NCBI RefSeq assembly: GCF_964204645.1
Contig: NC_134025.1
Location: 558,001-622,000, forward strand
DNA length: 64,000 nucleotides
Reading direction: 5' to 3'
From: Tubulanus polymorphus
Lineage: Eukaryota; Animalia; Nemertea
Shown here piece after piece: positions 34,794 to 48,121 of the stretch. The stretch's first letter is position 1; each line of letters opens with the position of its first letter. The notes beneath the pieces were generated by a model, which searched no databases, was not told the DNA's origin, and worked only from the letters and a program-made list of their open reading frames with translations. Position numbers and translations under genes: made by a program.

Positions 34794-36476
34794 CCTCTGT
34801 ACACCTCTCCCCCTCCACACACCTCTCCCCTCTGTACACCTCTCCCCCTCTGTACACCTCTCCCCCTCTGTACACACCTCCCCCTCTGTATACCTCTTCC
34901 CTTCTGTACACCTCTCCCCCTCTGTACACCTCTCCCCCTCTGTACACCTCTCCCCCTCTGTACACCTCTCCCCCTCTGTACACCTCTCCCCCTCCGTACA
35001 CCTCTCCCCCTCCACACACCTCTCCCCCTCCACACACCTCTCCCCTCTGTACACCCCCCCTCCACACACCTCTCCCCCTCCACACACCTCTCCCCCTCCA
35101 CACACCTCTCCCCCTCCACACACCTCTCCCCCTCTGTACACCTCTCCCCCTCTGTACACCTCTCCCCCTCTGTACACCTCTCCCCCTCCGTACACCTCTC
35201 CCCCTCCACACACCTCTCCCCCTCCACACACCTCTCCCCCTCCACACACCTCTCCCCTCTGTACACCCCCCCCCCCCTCCACACACCTCTCCCCCTCTGT
35301 ACACCTCTCCCCCTCCACACACCTCTCCCCCTCCACACACCTCTCCCCCTCCACACACCTCTCCCCCTCCACACACCTCTCCCCCTCCACACACCTCTCC
35401 CCCTCCACACACCTCTCCCCCTCCACATACCTCTCCCCCTCCACACACCTCTCCCCCTCCACACACCTCTCCCCCTCTGTACACCTCTCCCCCTCTGTAC
35501 ACCTCTCCCCCTCTGTACACCTCTCCCCCTCCACACACCTCTCCCCCTCCACACACCTCTCCCCCTCCACACACCTCTCCCCCTCCACACACCTCTCCCC
35601 CTCTGTACACCTCTCCCCCTCTGTACACCTCTCCCCCTCCACACACCTCTCCCCCTCCACACACCTCTCCCCCTCCACACACCTCTCCCCCTCTGTACAC
35701 CTCTCCCCCTCCACACACCTCTCCCCCTCTGTACACACCTCCCCCTCTGTATACCTCTTCCCTTCTGTACACCTCTCCCCCTCTGTACACCTCTCCCCCT
35801 CTGTACACCTCTCCCCCTCTGTACACCTCTCCCCCTCTGTACACCTCTCCCCCTCCACACACCTCTCCCCCTCTGTACACCTCTCCCCCTCTGTACACCT
35901 CCCCCCTCTGTACACCTCTCCCCCTGTACACACCTCTCCCCCTCTGTACACCTCCCCCCTCTGTACACCTCTCCCCCTCCACACACCTCTCCCCCCCTCC
36001 ACACACCTCTCCCCCTCCACAAACCTCTCCCCCTCCACACACCTCTCCCCCTCCACACACCTCTCCCCCTCCACACACCTCTCCCCCTCCACACACCTCT
36101 CCCCCTCCACACACCTCTCCCCCTCTGTACACCTCTCCCCCTCTGTACACCTCTCCCCCTCCACACACCTCTCCCCCTCTGTACACCTCTCCCCCTCTGT
36201 ACACCTCCCCCCTCTGTACACCTCTCCCCCTGTACACACCTCTCCCCCTCTGTACACCTCCCCCCTCTGTACACCTCTCCCCCTCCACACACCTCTCCCC
36301 CTCTGTACACCTCTCCCCCTCTGTACACCCCTCCCCCTCTGTACACCTCTCCCCCTCTGTACACCTCCCCCTGTACACACCTCTCCCCCTCTGTACACCT
36401 CTCCCCCTCTGTACACCTCTCCCCCTCTGTACACCTCTCCCCCTCTGTACACCTCCCCCCCTCCACACACCTCTCT
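34794..36476. repeat. 18-bp C-rich minisatellite with two variant units, ~1.7 kb
   Basis: acacctctccccctc(tgt/cac); explains the YTSPPL/HTSPPP pseudo-ORFs. Confidence 0.97.
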
Positions 36477-37046
36477 ATTGGTATTGAAGTAATTAGAAAT
36501 GAACATAGATGTATAAAAGTAAAGTATCAGTAATATCTGCATTGATAATTGATATGATATCTCGATATACTGTAAGTCAATGTGAGAGATAGATGAGAAT
36601 GAAGCGACCGCGACACACGACACACGAGACTAGCGTCTGATGTGCTTTAAAAAAAACTACAGTTTTCAAGTCACGTAAAATAGTGGCTTCGATAATAAGA
36701 CACTGAGAGGGAGCAATGATAGCGATGATACAGAACAGTGGTGATGATGAGAGTGATGATGATAGCGGTGGTGATGATGATACTCGGAAATAGTGAAATA
36801 AAGAGGAACTGAATTCAGCTGATTAATATGCTGTACGATGAAATGAGGGTTCTGTGTATGTGACAATAAACAGGGAATCATCATACAACTAGACTTCAGA
36901 TCTTCAATAAAATACTCAATATTCAATAGTCTGATTGTTCGTCTAAACTACTAAACTACGATACTTCTGTAATTTGGTTCTGATCCGACCCATCCCGATA
37001 TTTCATCAAATATTCACCAACACAAATATCAACCTATCAGATATAC

Positions 37047-37049
<3 letters not shown>

Positions 37050-37126
<77 letters not shown>
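37050..37126. repeat. (AT)n microsatellite
   Basis: About 38 TA units. Confidence 0.97.
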
Positions 37127-37130
<4 letters not shown>

Positions 37131-37479
37131 GAACCATAATAACTAATTCAGGACCTGTTTATAAAACGTTTAACAAACGGTTTTTAAATCGGTTCTAATC
37201 AAATATTCATAAATTCAGCGACAAGCCCTGGCAGTGGAGGATTTCTGAGATATAAAACATTCCACCTTCAATCAATAACAAATCAAACCTATAAACACCG
37301 TATATATACAATACTGTACTGTAAGTTTTTTAGCATTACTTTTATCAAATATTTCCTGCCGTTTCAAAGTAACAATATTTGCCTAGACTTTAATCTTTAC
37401 AAATTCATATTCTTACATTTAATCATCATTTATTCTGCGATGATTATAAAATATGATAATAAAATTGATTAAGACTCAC

Positions 37480-37501
37480 TTTTATTTCTATCGTCTTCCA
37501 T
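37480..37501 (-). CDS. Candidate alternative first coding exon (MEDDRNK) of a short SASH1-only isoform
   Basis: ATG at 37501; GTGAGT donor, phase 1, matches the acceptor of exon 28734. Confidence 0.45.
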
Positions 37502-38127
37502 ATTGATGAATGTTACACTTTCTCCGAGTCAATCTGAATTGTTCCTGTTTGTTACAAACAGAATTTATACGCGAGAAATCAACGTCTTATTCTAATGACG
37601 AAAGATGGAATTTCCCGACGCTATTTATACACTATTAACAATAACAAACATCTAGGAATCTAGTTTAAGATGTTCTCGATGTGCCTAAATGATTTAACAT
37701 CATTAACTGCACATTTCAAACATACATTAAACCCGACTGATGACTGTTAAAGACTCTATCACTGATATGATCACAGATCACGCGAGATTATCGTTTATAC
37801 TATATTTCTATTTGAAACCAGGAAGTAAAATTCCGTCGACATATACCTATATATAAATATATATATATACAGTAATAAATTCAAATAATGATAAAAACTG
37901 GTTCCGATTAAAAATGAAATTCAATGACTTGAAGTACTGTTGGGTTTTTTCAAATTAACCTACATTTGATTCAATACATAAACAGTTCAGCCTCTGGGCT
38001 GAAAATAAACATGTTCATTTTACTTGAAATATATGTTTCTAATTCGATGAAGAATTATTATGAATTATGTATTGAAATATCAGATAAAAAAAGTCTGAGG
38101 AGGTTATTTCTAACTATGTACCTCACC

Positions 38128-38262
38128 CAACTAAACTACACTAAACTACACTGAACCACACTGAACCAAACTAAACTACACTGAACCCAACTAAACTACA
38201 CTGAACCCAACTAAACTACACTAAACCCAACTAAACAAACCACACTAAACCCAACTAAACAC
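38128..38262. repeat. 20-bp tandem repeat
   Basis: ccaactaaactacactgaac. Confidence 0.85.
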
Positions 38263-38809
38263 AGATATCATTAATACGATGAATTCAATTTCTATGAGAT
38301 TAAAATTAATAGATTTCACTCAGTGATAAATTGTTAGATTATTGATTAGTTTAGACCACCCACAGAGCTGTATGAGAAGTTATTACATGCATGCAATAGA
38401 ATGGTATACTGATATTAACCAATCAATCAAACATTGGATTCAATTCCGCTGCCTCTCCTGATGGTGTTCGGTAGATTGAGGTGAAAAAGATACCTCAAAT
38501 TCGTTCCCTCTCCCTCCTCTTTAACCCTATCTATACCTCCCCTCTCTGTGTCCTGTATCAGTATAGATGTGGGCTGTATTGATCTGTGATGTTTTATTGG
38601 CGCACTGAGACAGGCTACGATACATTCACGTTTTTAATTCACCTTCATTTGGATATTTTATCTGCTTTGCCAGAATAATCACTTGATCATGATCATGAAT
38701 AAATTTCCTGGCTATGTTTCATCTCAGTTAATGCAAGTATTTGATCGTTTTAATGATGCAGAATATTGCAACCAAACACTGAATACATTTCAATCGGGGA
38801 GATATAGTT

Positions 38810-39130
38810 CACTGCAGGACTCTGTGCCCTACCCTGCATGACTGGGCCCTGGGCGCCAATCTCTGTGCCCTACGCTGCATGACTGGGCCCTGGGCGCAGA
38901 TCTCTGGGCCCTACACTGCATGACTGGGCCCTGGGCGCAGATCTCTGGGCCCTACACTGCATGACTTTGGGCCCTGGGCGCTGATCTCTGGGCCCTACAC
39001 TGCATGACTTTGGGCCCTGGGCACCGATCTCTGGGCCCTACACTGCAGGACTATGTGTGCCCTACCCTGCATGACTGGGTGCTGATCTCTGGGCCCTAGA
39101 CTGCAGGACTCAGTGTGCCCTTCATTGCAG
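38810..39130. repeat. ~41-bp GC-rich minisatellite
   Basis: ctctgggccctacactgcatgactgggccctgggcgcagat. Confidence 0.88.
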
Positions 39131-39384
39131 AGCGATCCTTACTGTAGGACAGCAGTATTTTACTAATGAATCTGTCTGTTCTCTCTGAATGAATGAATGA
39201 ATGAATGAATGAATGAATGAATGATACATGAGAAGGAAATTAATTCAGTTTATTCTAATTTCCTGTTCTACATCACGGAAAGTCAATCTCCTCTACATGA
39301 CTTTGATACTTTTACAATTGTTTTTCAAAGTCATTTCATATCTTACTACTTTGAACTAACTAAAGGCATATAGGTGGTTCTGAC

Positions 39385-39765
39385 ACTCTGATTGGTCAAG
39401 AGCTGGTCACCTGATGTAAACACACAGGCCAAACCTAGGATTAGATTTGTTTACTAACCCTAGTTTGTGATTGGTCAAGAGCTGGTCACATGGTGTAAAC
39501 ACACAGGCCAAACCTAGGGTTACCATAGCTACTAACCGTAGGTTCTGATTGGTCAAGAGCTGGTCACCTGATATAAACACACAGGCCAAACCTAGGGTTA
39601 GATTTGTTTACTAACCCTAGTTTGTGATTGGTCAAGAGCTGGTCACATGGTGTAAACAAACAGGCCAGACCTAGGGTTAGGGTTTCCATAGGGACTAACC
39701 CTAGGGCTCTGATTGGCTTAGAGCAGGTCACCTGATGTAAACATTCAGGATTCAGGCCAAACTAG
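39385..39765. repeat. ~80-bp tandem repeat; related copy at 44970-45095
   Basis: ggccaaacctagggttag...ctaaccctag..tgattggtcaagagctggtcac(c/a)tg(a/g)tgtaaaca. Confidence 0.85.
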
Positions 39766-40353
39766 GACGTGACTAGCTAAGTTACCTGATAAAAGCTACT
39801 GAATGAATATCTTATTAAAGATGAATAATGAATAATGATAAATATCAACTGTTACAACGATAGTTCAGAGTTAGGAACCATTCATATCGACACTGAGGAA
39901 CTGCAGCAGATGTTACTGTGGCAATCAAGGATTCCACTTCCATCGTTAGACTATAACTGAGACATCTCTACATCATATATAAAGTGATTTAAATATTTAT
40001 ATAGTTGAAAGCTGAATAACTGACTGAGTGCAGGTAATAGTCTCGTTTGAAGTCAAGAGAGGAGAAAAATGTCCTGAACGAGAGGGAGAGGGAAAGAGAG
40101 AGAGAGGGAGGGGTGGACAATAGATCCATTCTCGAGACTATTCTACTCTACAAGTGTTTGACATTCATTTCACCAAATGGCAAATCAAATAATGAAAGTG
40201 GTCCGACCCAAAGTAGCACATTAAATAACTGTTCATCACAAGTTGACAGCGTGTTTCACAGACAACAAAAACTGTTCTTCAGAATCCGGGTACGTGTAAA
40301 TACGATCCCAGTATTCGAGATTTCGATCATCAATGATTTGATATAAATCTTAC

Positions 40354-40406
40354 CTGAACCGGATCCGGTATCATCTTGTGAGGTACACGGGGAATGTAAC
40401 AAAGGT
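40354..40406 (-). CDS. SASH1: SAMD5/SASH1 linker exon (53 nt)
   Basis: ttttttcag acceptor and GTAAG donor; PLLHSPCTSQDDTGSGS; phase 2/1. Confidence 0.6.
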
Positions 40407-40903
40407 CTGAAAAAAATAAAACGTTTTCATCGTCACAAAATTAGCACGTTTCACGTTAAGTTCATGTTTTACGGAACCACGGTGAAACTGGACGTCAGTT
40501 TTCAAACAACATTTTCTATCTCGGGATTGTTTTAATTTTTTCCGATGATTAGTTGCGAGTTGTGTAAAATGACTCATGACAAATTTACACGGATCTAAAA
40601 CAGTTTTGTAGCTGTTCGCAGTTTTTCTTTTCTTGTTCGCGGTAATTTTTGAAATAAACAGCAGCTGAAACGTGGTTTAGTCAGAGAAGGGAGTTCTCCA
40701 TATAAAAATATCATAATACGCACATCTGACATTGTCAATTCATTGCTCCTTTTTAGAACATGTTAAAAATTAATAAACATATTTCGTTACCAGTGAATAC
40801 TGAAGGGATGTGTAATACATGTTATAAATGGGATGTTTAAAACATCGATGAAATATCCTGAGTCCGCGTTATAGATATAATGAAAGTCTCTAATGATACT
40901 TAC

Positions 40904-40956
40904 TTGTGAGGTCCTGGAGATCCGTCAGATATTAAAACTATCGACTTATTATATAC
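40904..40956 (-). CDS. SASH1: SAMD5/SASH1 linker exon (53 nt)
   Basis: ttatag acceptor and GTAAGT donor; VYNKSIVLISDGSPGPHK; phase 0/2. Confidence 0.6.
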
Positions 40957-42234
40957 CTATAATAGAAATAAAAAATATACATTCAATATTCAGATTCTTT
41001 GAAAGTAGGATCCGGAATATTTAACCACATATTCCGATAGTCGAGAGGATGTTGGTCCCCTTCAGGTCTAGAAATTACCCCGGGAAAGTATTACATTTTT
41101 AATAGTGTGATAGGTTTAGTTGTAAAGTTGTGAGAGTCCCAGGAGACGTAATTAATGAAAAACATGAAATACGATGACAATAGATGAGCAGCTATTCGCA
41201 CAGAGGGCGGCAGAGAAAGAAAGACCATCTGTTATACAAATAGAATTCACACCTAATTGTTAAATTCTAACACTTTACATGAATTATGAATAGCATATAG
41301 AACAGTATGGAAACTGACTGGGAGAACTTTGGTTTTCAAGTTAGTCTCCAAGTGGTCGGAACTAATAATCAATCAAACACGCCATAGTTCGGTCGTAACG
41401 TATTTCACAGTGTCGGCCATATTGGAAGTAGGTCCGAACTACAGCGACTGTGCTCAATCCCGTGGTCGACTATTTTCGCACTATAGTTCGAACTGATATT
41501 CGGTTTCACTAACTTGCAATCGTTGACTAACTCTGACTACCGAGATTCACTGATTGACTGACTGACTGACTGACTGACATGTGTCTACAGTCTACAGTCT
41601 ACAGTTTACAGTCTACAGACTCAAGTCTAGATGAACATTCTTTAATATTTCAATAATTCACCAAATGATAAAAACAGCAGCGAAAAATAAAAACGATCTA
41701 GTCATATGGAAATGAGGATTGAGTCAACCAAACTCTCGTAAGAAGACACCAAACTGACGAGGATAATAACGCTGAATTCTGATGGATATTTCTAAATGAA
41801 ATTGCTTCCTAAGTGTAACCGAAAACCATATGAATCATAGGAATTATTCTTTAAGATGAAACACACAGAAATTCCCAGTGGGAATATCTGATAACAGGAG
41901 AGAGACCAGCAGTAGTCAACAGGCTACTACACTCAACACATCACTACACCGCAGACCGCCGCAGCCCACAGCCCACTGTCACCATCCACTGCAGCCCACA
42001 GTGGAGACACTGCCACCAGTTAATTTCAGCCCCCCTTCCTCTCACTTCAGTAACACTTGATTCTGTGTATACTGCTGAGCTGGCTCAGTAGAACCCCCTC
42101 CTTGTACACTGCTGGAGGCCGCGTTGACTAGTGTCAGCTGTGGTGATGATCCAGGTCACAGAAATAATCATAGCTCTGAGCGTAGAGAGAGATGAATCAA
42201 AGATATAACATTCAACTCTACAGGCTGATACACA

Positions 42235-42548
42235 ATTCAGTGAGGAGCACCGGGATTCAGTGAGGGGTGCCAGGATTCAGTGAGGAGCACCGGGATTCAG
42301 TGAGGGGTGCCAGGATTCAGTGAGGGGGTGCCAGGATTCAGTGAGGGGGTGCCAGGATTCAGTGAGGGGTGCCAGGATTCAGTGAGGGGGCTCCAGGATT
42401 CAGTGAGGGGTGCCAGGATTCAGTGAGGGGTGCCAGGATTCAGTGAGGGGGTGCCAGGATTCAGTGAGGGGGTGCCAGGATTCAGTGAGGGGGTGCCAGG
42501 ATTCAGTGAGGGGTGCCAGGATTCAGTGAGGGGTGCCAGGATTCAGTG
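42235..42548. repeat. 20-21-bp minisatellite
   Basis: ggattcagtgagggg(g)tgcca. Confidence 0.92.
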
Positions 42549-43041
42549 ATGGATTGGAAAGTGCTGGAGTAGGAGTAGAAGATGGAGTAATAATCTCTGA
42601 TTTTGATTTGAGAAAATTTCTATCATTTTCTTACTTTTTTGCAGAAAAATAGTAGTTTTCGATTGTGCTAGTGATTACTACAAACCCGTATCTCAGTTTG
42701 AATAAATCAATTTGAACGTAAGCAAAACTGTTTTTGCATATTTTAAAATCGTATAAATCAAGGATCAATAGAGGTTGATTAGAAAGTCAAGTGTTCGTCG
42801 AGATCCAGGCTGAAGCAATCTATCAACACAGGAAACAACGACAACGAACGACGCAGTTTATTTCAATTCTAATCACACACTGTGTTTTTCAGATAAAAGC
42901 TCGCAACATTTGTTACCAGAATGAAAAAGACATCAACACCTGAATGAAGATAAAGCTCAGAATGCTAATGCAGTCTAATTTGTCATGCACAACTCTGTTC
43001 TATCTTTACATGCAAATATTCAGCTTGCACAGATAAGACTA

Positions 43042-43912
43042 AACTGTCTACATCTGAGACAGGCAACTGTCTACATCTGAGACAGGCAACTGTCTACATC
43101 TGAGACAGGCAACTGTCTACATCTGGGACAGGCAACTGTCTACATCTGAGACAGGCAACTGTCTACATCTGAGACAGGCAACTGTCTACATCTGAGACAG
43201 GCAACTGTCTACATCTGGGACAGGCAACTGTCTACATCTGAGACAGGCAACTGTCTACATCTGAGACAGGCAACTGTCTACATCTGAGACAGGCAACTGT
43301 CTACATCTGAGACAGGCAACTGTCTACATCTGAGACAGGCAACTGTCTACATCTGAGACAGGCAACTGTCTACATCTGAGACAGGCAACTGTCTACATCT
43401 GAGACAGGCAACTGTCTACATCTGAGACAGGCAACTGTCTACATCTGAGACAGGCAACTGTCTACATCTGAGACAGGCAACTGTCTACATCTGAGACAGG
43501 CAACTGTCTACATCTGAGACAGGCAACTGTCTACATCTGAGACAGGCAACTGTCTACATCTGAGACAGGCAACTGTCTACATCTGAGACAGGCAACTGTC
43601 TACATCTGAGACAGGCAACTGTCTACATCTGAGACAGGCAACTGTCTACATCTGAGACAGGCAACTGTCTACATCTGAGACAGGCAACTGTCTACATCTG
43701 AGACAGGCAACTGTCTACATCTGAGACAGGCAACTGTCTACATCTGAGACAGGCAACTGTCTACATCTGAGACAGGCAACTGTCTACATCTGAGACAGGC
43801 AACTGTCTACATCTGAGACAGGCAACTGTCTACATCTGAGACAGGCAACTGTCTACATCTGAGACAGGCAACTGTCTACATCTGAGACAGGCAACTGTCT
43901 ACATCTGAGACA
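43042..43912. repeat. 23-bp near-perfect minisatellite (~38 copies)
   Basis: aactgtctacatctgagacaggc, with internal ctgtct/agacag palindrome. Confidence 0.97.
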
Positions 43913-44029
43913 GACAACCAACTCACAATGAAACTCAACATCTACAACCTCCATGACTGTTCTGGATCCAGTTTCACAGGTCTCAACTATGACGACATTT
44001 GAAATGAACTAACTTTGACTACCCTGAGA

Positions 44030-44440
44030 ACTGTGGAACTGAGTCTCGAGGACTGTGGAACTGAGTCTCGAGGACTGTGGAACTGAGTCTCGAGGACTGT
44101 GGAACTGAGTCTCGAGGACTGTGGAACTGAGTCTCGAGGACTGTGGAACTGAGTCTCGAGGACTGTGGAACTGAGTCTCGAGGACTGTGGGACTGAGTCT
44201 CGAGGACTGTGGAACTGAGTCTCGAGGACTGTGGAACTGAGTCTCGAGGACTGTGGAACTGAGTCTCGAGGACTGTGGGACTGAGTCTCGAGGACTGTGG
44301 AACTGAATCTCGAGGACTGTGGAACTGAGTCTCGAGGACTGTGGAACTGAGTCTTGAGGACTGTGGGACTGAGTCTCGAGGACTGTGGAACTGAATCTCG
44401 AGGACTGTGGAACTGAGTCTCGGGGACTGTGGAACTGAGT
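44030..44440. repeat. 22-bp minisatellite
   Basis: actgtggaactgagtctcgagg. Confidence 0.95.
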
Positions 44441-45197
44441 GGTGATGGGTTTGAACTGTGTAGTGTGATGGGTTTGAACTGTGTAGTGTGAGCCAGTGGG
44501 ATGTAAGGTAAGCTGAGAGTGTTTTAAAGTGGTTGATTTAAATCCCTGCAGAAACAACGTAATCTTCAACCGAGTCACGTTCTGTATTTCAAATTACATT
44601 AAACAAATTATGTTTATTTGCACAACAAGTTTCAAACTAAAGTTTCATTTGACAAAACGAATTAAACATGATTTTCACGTATTGATTTTAATTAAGAAGA
44701 AAATGAAATCATCAGAACAGGTGAATTATTTACTGTCAGATCGGCAGCAGGAGCGGCAGCAGGAGCGGCAGCAGCAGCAGCGGGCGACTGTCTACGTCTG
44801 GTGAAGTTGCTTGGATACTAGAAGCCCGGAAATAATGACAGGTAATCACGGAATTGCATGATATAAAATAACAACATGCCACGAGATAAACATTCATCAA
44901 CAACAGATGAATATATAGCTAAATATATCATATCATATCATATCATATCATATCATATCATATGAGGACAGACCTAGGGTTACCATAGCTACAAACCCTA
45001 ACATATGATTGGTCCAGAGCTTGTCACGTGATGTAAACAAACAGGCCATGTCTAGGGTTAGCATGGTTTCTAACCCTAGGTTGTGATTGGTCTAGAGGAC
45101 CCGACCATGACCATGGTCAGTGTAGAGGTATGAGGTGAATGAACTAATGGAGTAATTAGAAATTCAATTGAATATTTGCCATCAGATACTATACAAG

Positions 45198-45466
45198 AAG
45201 ATAAATGAAGAAATCCCACACTTCGAATTTAAAATTGTAAGATAGAATTTATTATTTTGAAACCACAACGTTTCGGCTGTTGACTGACAGCCATCATCAG
45301 GTGGTATGATGATGGCTGTTGACTGACAGCCATCATCAGGTGGAATGATGATGGCTGTTGACCAGCAGCCATCATCAGGTGGAATGATGATGGCTGTTGA
45401 CCAGCAGCCATCATCAGGAGGGAATTCTTCATTTATCTACAGTATACACGGATTATTTGACGACTA
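45198..45466 (-). mobile_element. Second Penelope-type hammerhead mini-element (opposite orientation)
   Basis: 10-bp TSD actatacaag (45188-45197 / 45467-45476); homologous to 26256-26452; carries three extra tandem hairpin derivatives of the ribozyme. Confidence 0.75.
45263..45304 (-). ncRNA. Minimal type I hammerhead ribozyme motif
   Basis: Minus strand reads ccac-CUGAUGA-u-ggcugu(caguca)acagcc-GAAA-cg-UU-gugg. Confidence 0.78.
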
Positions 45467-46061
45467 ACTATACAAGTAGTTATAACGATGTTTAATTTTT
45501 ATCGTTTCAGTAAACTATAAGCTGGTGAACAAATCCCTCAACTCTCTTCTCTCCCTCCACCGCTCTCAGTCAGAAACAGATCAATCTTTGAGAGCTGTTT
45601 TTCTGGTTCAGTTTTTTTTTCTTGTTCTCAATCAGTGAAACAAAATAAACCACTCAAACTACACCGAACTATAGTACGCCTACAGTTTTACACGAGCAGT
45701 TTTTACTTGAAAAAAAGCAATCGTTTTCCTCGAGAAGATGTGAAGGCTTTATTCAACAACTGATTTCAAATAAATAGATAATAAATAAATAACAACACCT
45801 CATCCCTATTGACCTTGACCACATGATCGTTCTACCCTGATCTCTCCCTCGTCTCTGTTCCTATAATCAAGACTAATAGATCAGTTCTCTCTCATCATTC
45901 GTCCGCGAGGATTTTGGAAACCGATGTGGTATGAGATATAGGTAGACATTAGTAGATGATTAATAGTGAACCTGTGTGAATATATTTACTAAGCAATAAC
46001 TATAAATCATAGCGCAGAAAGTCAACGACAGCCGCGGTGGCTGCGGCTGCGGCGGCCAGCA

Positions 46062-46064
<3 letters not shown>

Positions 46065-46104
<40 letters not shown>
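46065..46104. repeat. (GA)n microsatellite
   Basis: About 19 GA units. Confidence 0.95.
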
Positions 46105-46106
<2 letters not shown>

Positions 46107-47309
46107 GCTAGTATCAGAGTAATAGTCATATCCTGTCTCCAGACGCTATATCACTTCCTCTCCCTCTTTCTCTTTCTCTCTCTCCTTTCACCAGCGAGAA
46201 AAACTCATAAAATAAACACACGTTGAAAGAACTTCTTTATTAGAAAGTCAAATGTAAATGTAAGAAGTATAACAACGCAGGAGATTGGAGTTAGTGTGAC
46301 TCAAACAGTTCAATAATCATTAACGACTCAACGACTCAACGACTGGTTTTTAAAGAGTCTGGTGTCTGAAGATAATTACCACCTAACACTTAATCATATT
46401 ATAGGCCTACACTGCAGTAACGGATAATACCCTCAACCCACGTAATTACTCATTCTATCACTAAACAAATGCATTTCAGACACAAAACTGCATCAATAAC
46501 AGAATCAATTCAGTGTTTTATAGCAATTTTTCCCATATTTACTGATAATCTTTCGAATAAATACTGTGGTTATAATGCAGTGTTAGAAATACAGTTGTTT
46601 TCCATAAGATAACTTGCCTCGACATTTGAGATGCAACAGGTCGGGGTTGTAGCCGGTGTGTAGGCCCCAACCGGTGTGTAGGCCCCAACCGGTCCTACAC
46701 ATTTTTGCCCATTGTGACATAAATGTATTTCGTATTTCTGTGTCTACATCTTTTATTTTTTTAAATCCTCTCCACGTCCCTGCTGTCCCAGGTTTATGCT
46801 AATATTTCTCTTTAGAAAATATCTACAATGTTCATCGTTTAGCGAAAGAAATTATAGCCCCAATTTGTTAAATCCTCTCCACGTCCCTGCTGTCCCAGGT
46901 TTATATCAATATTTCTCTTTTGAAAATATCTATAATATCTATCTTTTAGCAAAATAGATTATAGCCCTAATTTCTAGAAGCCTGAATTAATGAATAAAGT
47001 TATAGTAGTACAATTCTAAAGTTACAGCGTTGATAATGAATGTTAATGAAGGCAAGTCAGTTTTCTAATGTAAGACATATGTTTAATATGTGAACTCTAT
47101 GAGATATCACGTGATGATATTGAGAAGTATTTTATCAATCTCACAGGTACGAGTGGTAAGTTTATCAGTCAACCATCATAAGTGATAAGTCAGGGGTAAG
47201 AAGATTGTCAGCTGCCAATAACTGTAGTGTGGAAATAAATCAATGCAGCAACAGCAGTTACTGCTGACCAGTGAAACCAGTGAACAAAAAAATATATAAG
47301 ACAGCAGTT

Positions 47310-48087
47310 CACATCACCTCCTCATCTCCACATACACATCACCTCCTCATCTCCACATACACATCACCTCCTCATCTCCACATACATATCACCTCCTCAT
47401 CTCCACATACACATCACCTCCTCATCTCCACATACACATCACCTCCTCACCTCCACATACACATCACCTCCTCATCTCCACATACACATCACCTCCTCAT
47501 CTCCACATACACATCACCTCCTCATCTCCACATACACATCACCTCCTCATCTCCACATACACATCACCTCCTCATCTCCACATACACATCACCTCCTCAT
47601 CTCCACATACACATCACCTCCTCATCTCCACATACACATCACCTCCTCATCTCCACATACACATCACCTCCTCATCTCCACATACACATCACCTCCTCAT
47701 CTCCACATACACATCACCTCCTCATCTCCACATACACATCACCTCCTCATCTCCACATACACATCACCTCCTCATCTCCACATACACATCACCTCCTCAT
47801 CTCCACATACACATCACCTCCTCATCTCCACATACACATCACCTCCTCATCTCCACATACACATCACCTCCTCACCTCCACATACACATCACCTCCTCAT
47901 CTCCACATACACATCACCTCCTCATCTCCACATACACATCACCTCCTCATCTCCACATACACATCACCTCCTCATCTCCACATACACATCACCTCCTCAT
48001 CTCCACATACACATCACCTCCTCACCTCCACATACACATCACCTCCTCATCTCCACATACACATCACCTCCTCATCTCCACATACAT
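47310..48087. repeat. 25-bp minisatellite
   Basis: acatcacctcctcatctccacatac, about 31 copies. Confidence 0.97.
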
Positions 48088-48121
48088 ACCAGTCTTACAG
48101 ATCACTGATCTATTCTTATGA

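Noticed and set aside
30171-36623. Very long ORFs (492-979 aa) on both strands
   Set aside because: They are translations of stop-free 44-bp and 18-bp minisatellites within an intron, open in several frames at once.
43042-43912. CRISPR-like palindromic 23-bp repeat
   Set aside because: No spacers, no cas genes, eukaryotic intron; it is a plain tandem array.
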